Shown piece after piece: positions 17,054 through 20,000 of a DNA stretch of 20,000 bases. The DNA comes from an uncultured virus (IMG/VR IMGVR_UViG_3300034082_002584). Taxonomy: Duplodnaviria > Heunggongvirae > Uroviricota > Caudoviricetes. The stretch's first letter is position 1. Each line of letters opens with the position of its first letter. The translations under genes were made by a program, and so were the position numbers. The notes below the pieces were generated by a model, which was given only the letters and a program-made list of their open reading frames with translations, made no database searches and had not been told where the DNA came from. Location of the stretch: IMG/VR virus record IMGVR_UViG_3300034082_002584, one strand, 5' to 3'.

Positions 17054-18508
17054 ATGGCAAACACTCTATTCGCAGCAGTAAACCGTAATACAACCGTTAC
17101 CGAAAATGGTATGGCAACACTGGCTTCCTCATTGGATTCAGTTACCGATCTGTTTTTCAAGATTGGTGCAAGCCGTGGCAAGTTCGATTCTCTAAAGCCA
17201 ACATTGTCAAAAGCAATGGCAGATAATTTGGAACTAACTGTTCGTGTACTTTTGTGGACACGGGATGCACGTGAAGGTGCTGGCGAACGTCAACTTTTCA
17301 AAGATGCAATTAAGTTTGGATTCCAAACTGGTGCTATCACACAAGAATCTGGCAATCGTATTGCTGCACGTATTCCAGAACTTGGACGTTGGGATGATTT
17401 GTATGCATTTTTTGGCACACCAAGTCAAGATGCTGCAATCACACTTTTTGCTGGTGCATTGCGTTCTGGCGATGGTCTTGCTGCAAAGTGGAGTGATCGT
17501 AAAGGGCTTGATGCAGTTATTATGCGTAAAGCAATGGGCCTTAGTCCACGTGCATATCGTAAACTAATTGTCAGCAATACAAATGTTGTTGAACAAAAAA
17601 TGTGTGCAAAGCAGTGGGATGACATTGATTTCGGAAAACTTCCATCCGTGGCATCTGCACGTTATCAAAAAGCATTCTGGAAAAATGCAGAAGCAGCATA
17701 TAAAAAGTATGTTGAAAGCCTTGTAAAAGGTGAAGCTAAGATTAATGCTGGTGCAGTATATCCATACGACATTACCAAAAGTGTTAAATATGGTGATCCA
17801 AAAGTTGCAAATGAGCAATGGAAAGCGTTGCCTGACTATATGGAAGGAACTGAAAATCGTGGTATTCTTCCAGTTGTTGATGTCAGCGGGTCAATGACTT
17901 GCCCAATCAATGGTGACAACAAAGCAACCACAACTTGTCTTGATGTTGCTGTTTCTCTTGGTCTTTATTTGAGTGAACGCAATCGCGGTATCTTCAAAGA
18001 TCAATTTGTGACTTTTTCTTCTAAGCCACAAATGGTTAAGGTCAATGGAACTCTGCAACAACGTTTGACGCAAATGGAACGTTCTCCATGGGAAATGAAC
18101 ACCAACTTGCAAGCTGTATTTGATTTGCTTCTTGACTCTGCGGTAAAAGCAAATGTTCCAGAAGAACAAATGCCAGAAACTATACTCATTTTGAGCGATA
18201 TGCAATTTGATTCTGCAACACGTCAATACAACCATGTGTATCGGGGTCGGTCAACTATTGCTCAAGATAATCCTACTGGATTTGAAATGATTTCTGAGAA
18301 ATACAAACTGGCTGGTTATACAATGCCAAAGATTGTATTCTGGAATTTGAATTCAAAAGCTGGTGTTCCAGTAGAGTTTAGTCAAAGTGGGGCTGCACTG
18401 GTAAGTGGATTTTCACCTGCAATTATGCGTAGCGTATTGCGTAGTGAAAATTTTACACCAGTAGATGTAATGACTACTGCCGTAATGATCCCTCGTTACG
18501 ATTGGTAA
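17054..18508 (+). CDS. Ro60/TROVE-like protein with C-terminal VWA domain (DUF2828-like)
   Basis: TENG, LFFKIGA.RG, RD.REG.GERQ.F, GRWDDL, AAKW, YRK, VEQKMCA..W, LPS.A; MIDAS DVSGSM; ILSDMQFD; IVFWNL; LVSGFSP. Confidence 0.88.
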   Translation: MANTLFAAVNRNTTVTENGMATLASSLDSVTDLFFKIGASRGKFDSLKPTLSKAMADNLELTVRVLLWTRDAREGAGERQLFKDAIKFGFQTGAITQESGNRIAARIPELGRWDDLYAFFGTPSQDAAITLFAGALRSGDGLAAKWSDRKGLDAVIMRKAMGLSPRAYRKLIVSNTNVVEQKMCAKQWDDIDFGKLPSVASARYQKAFWKNAEAAYKKYVESLVKGEAKINAGAVYPYDITKSVKYGDPKVANEQWKALPDYMEGTENRGILPVVDVSGSMTCPINGDNKATTTCLDVAVSLGLYLSERNRGIFKDQFVTFSSKPQMVKVNGTLQQRLTQMERSPWEMNTNLQAVFDLLLDSAVKANVPEEQMPETILILSDMQFDSATRQYNHVYRGRSTIAQDNPTGFEMISEKYKLAGYTMPKIVFWNLNSKAGVPVEFSQSGAALVSGFSPAIMRSVLRSENFTPVDVMTTAVMIPRYDW

Positions 18509-18524
18509 AACCAATAGTTAACTA

Positions 18525-18532
18525 CATAAATA
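18525..18532 (+). promoter_or_regulatory. Candidate T4-like late promoter (CATAAATA)
   Basis: One mismatch to TATAAATA; ends 2 nt before the terminator hairpin that precedes the Acb1-like gene. Confidence 0.4.
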
Positions 18533-18534
18533 AT

Positions 18535-18564
18535 AAGGTTGGCAAGCAATTGTCAGCCTTTTTT
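18535..18564 (+). terminator. Rho-independent terminator after the TROVE-like gene
   Basis: AAGGTTGGCAA-GCAA-TTGTCAGCCTT (with G:U pairs, GNRA loop) followed by a T run. Confidence 0.85.
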
Positions 18565-18581
18565 CTTATTAAGGGGAAACA

Positions 18582-19088
18582 ATGAAATCATTAAAACAAT
18601 ATATTAAAGAAGTAAGTGAAACTTCTTCTTCTAAATTCGTGGCAGCAGTGTACACCGATGAAACGCAAGAAAAGCTAAGAGAATACTGTAAAAAATATGG
18701 ATTTGATCTTACTAAAAATTATAGTGGAAATCTACAGTCGGCAGAAGATTTTGAATTTCATACTACTATATTTTTTACAAAGTCAAAACATATAATTCCC
18801 AATGGAATTCAAAAAAAAGATCGTATGGAAGTTGTCTCAACTGAATTATCATATTTTGGCGAAAACTATGATATTCCAGTTTTAAAAGTAAAATCAGATA
18901 ATTTAGAATGGTTTAGAAAGCATTATGAAGATGAATACAATATGGAAGATGCATGGGATAGTTACAAACCTCATATATCATTAAGCTATAATCGCAATAT
19001 GCCAAACGATTTAAGTAAAATACCGTTGCCAGATTTTCCTCTATATTTTGATAAAATAAAAATAGACGAAGGATCAACCGATGTCTAA
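18582..19088 (+). CDS. acb1: 2H phosphodiesterase, T4 gp57B / anti-CBASS Acb1-like
   Basis: Two HxT/S motifs (FHTTIFFT, YKPHISLSY) plus FVAAVY and D.WDSYKPH, paralleling T4 57B (YVAAKF, HSTICYS, DFDDYTPHITLSY); RBS AAGGGG. Confidence 0.8.
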   Translation: MKSLKQYIKEVSETSSSKFVAAVYTDETQEKLREYCKKYGFDLTKNYSGNLQSAEDFEFHTTIFFTKSKHIIPNGIQKKDRMEVVSTELSYFGENYDIPVLKVKSDNLEWFRKHYEDEYNMEDAWDSYKPHISLSYNRNMPNDLSKIPLPDFPLYFDKIKIDEGSTDV

Positions 19089-19623
19089 ATTAGGAAAAAC
19101 TACATTTGAACGTAGTAAGAATGACTTTTACGGAACTCCACTAAAAGCAATAGAATCATTAATTCCACATTTACCTAAAAATATAAATTATTGTGAACCT
19201 TGTGGTGGTGCAGGAGATTTGATTAATAATTTAAAAACATTGCGTCCAGATATTATTTGTTCATATGCGTGTGATATTGATCCTAGAGCAGACGGAATAG
19301 TTCAACGATCTGCGACATTCATTGACGAAAATGATGTAAAAAATATAGATTATTTTATTACTAATCCTCCATTTAAGTGGGATATGTTTGAGCCACTAAC
19401 TGAACATTTAATTACGTTACGACCAACTTGGTTATTAATTCCTTCTGATTATATGCATAATAAGCGAATGGGAAATCTTATGAAAAGATGCGAAAAAGTA
19501 GTTTCTGTTGGTAGAGTAAAATGGTTTTCTGATAGTAATGCAACAAGCACTGATAATTTTTGTTGGTATCTTTTCACAAAGGAAGATCAAAAAACTACGT
19601 TCTATGGTAGAGATTCTTCTTGA
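19081..19623 (+). CDS. DNA amino-methyltransferase (N6-adenine type)
   Basis: NDFY.TP, motif I EPCGGAGDL, CDIDP, motif IV ITNPPF. Confidence 0.88.
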   Translation: MSKLGKTTFERSKNDFYGTPLKAIESLIPHLPKNINYCEPCGGAGDLINNLKTLRPDIICSYACDIDPRADGIVQRSATFIDENDVKNIDYFITNPPFKWDMFEPLTEHLITLRPTWLLIPSDYMHNKRMGNLMKRCEKVVSVGRVKWFSDSNATSTDNFCWYLFTKEDQKTTFYGRDSS

Positions 19624-19648
19624 CATCAGTTATTTCCTATGCTAATTT
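19620..19648 (+). promoter_or_regulatory. Sigma70-type early promoter (extended -10)
   Basis: TTGACA-17 nt-TAATTT with TG before -10; GATTC at 19612. Confidence 0.65.
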
Positions 19649-19674
19649 AGTTCAGAGCATATAAAGGGAATAAA

Positions 19675-20000
19675 ATGAACAATTCTGATGTATACTATCG
19701 TTATATTGACAAAGTAATAACCTTCAACCTAGCATGTGAGGACTTGGAAAATTATTGCGAAGCTGGCATGAAAGCAAAAGTCACAAGTATTTCTCTGATG
19801 CGACACGAAGAAGTAGAACAAGATATGGTATATCTGGTTAAACTAGATTATACTAATTTTGATGATTATAATCGTAAGTTCGAAACTGCGAATTATTATG
19901 ACAAGTTGGGAAAGCCAAAATTGACTGCCCGTGAAGCTGGTTTCTACAAACTAGAAGACACACTGTATCTAGGTAGCAATAACATTTTTCCTTGGAATAA
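19675..20000 (+). CDS. Hypothetical protein, 3'-truncated by the window edge
   Basis: RBS AAGGGA; open from ATG 19675 to the end (MNNSDVYYRYIDKVITF...ETANYYDKLGKPKLTAREAGFY...). Confidence 0.75.
   Translation, partial: MNNSDVYYRYIDKVITFNLACEDLENYCEAGMKAKVTSISLMRHEEVEQDMVYLVKLDYTNFDDYNRKFETANYYDKLGKPKLTAREAGFYKLEDTLYLGSNNIFPWN

Noticed and set aside
16972..18235. Several minus-strand and off-frame ORFs over the TROVE-like gene
   Set aside because: They overlap a well-supported gene, have no recognisable motifs and are explained by its codon bias.
1..20000. Stop-codon reassignment, introns/inteins or homing endonucleases
   Set aside because: Genes tile densely under the standard code with TAA, TAG and TGA all used as stops, and no conserved gene appears interrupted.

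Overview
AT-rich, gene-dense 20 kb segment with all credible genes on the + strand. It is most consistent with a large T4-like or jumbo myophage, and the host is probably an alphaproteobacterium (SleB-type hydrolase, DUF3563-like protein, CTTGAC-type sigma70 promoters that often carry GANTC, PhaR-box-like palindromes). Left to right: the 3' end of a probable ribonucleotide reductase, glutaredoxin, a PAAR-like spike tip, a tail-type lysozyme with a perfect (GGGS)n repeat, a 512-aa probable virion protein, a cell-wall hydrolase, a membrane coiled-coil protein, ClpS, small proteins, a minimal TilS, an alpha/beta hydrolase, an SPFH protein, an HD (alarmone hydrolase-like) protein, ATP-dependent DNA ligase, a Mom-like DNA modifier, an HExxH peptidase, RNA ligase 1, a Ro60/TROVE-like VWA protein with a structured 5' RNA element, a T4 gp57B/Acb1-like 2H phosphodiesterase and an amino-methyltransferase. 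Best leads: (i) an Rnl1 / structured RNA / Ro60-like / 2H-PDE RNA-repair or counter-defence cluster; (ii) an Acb1-like enzyme with a capsid-targeting-like N-terminus and a late-promoter-like motif abutting a terminator; (iii) a sharp ATA/TTA/AGA codon split between gene classes alongside a phage TilS; (iv) host-regulator-like boxes (PhaR, CcrM/GcrA) in phage promoters. No tRNA, CRISPR array or mobile element was seen. All family assignments come from motif recognition by eye, not database searches.
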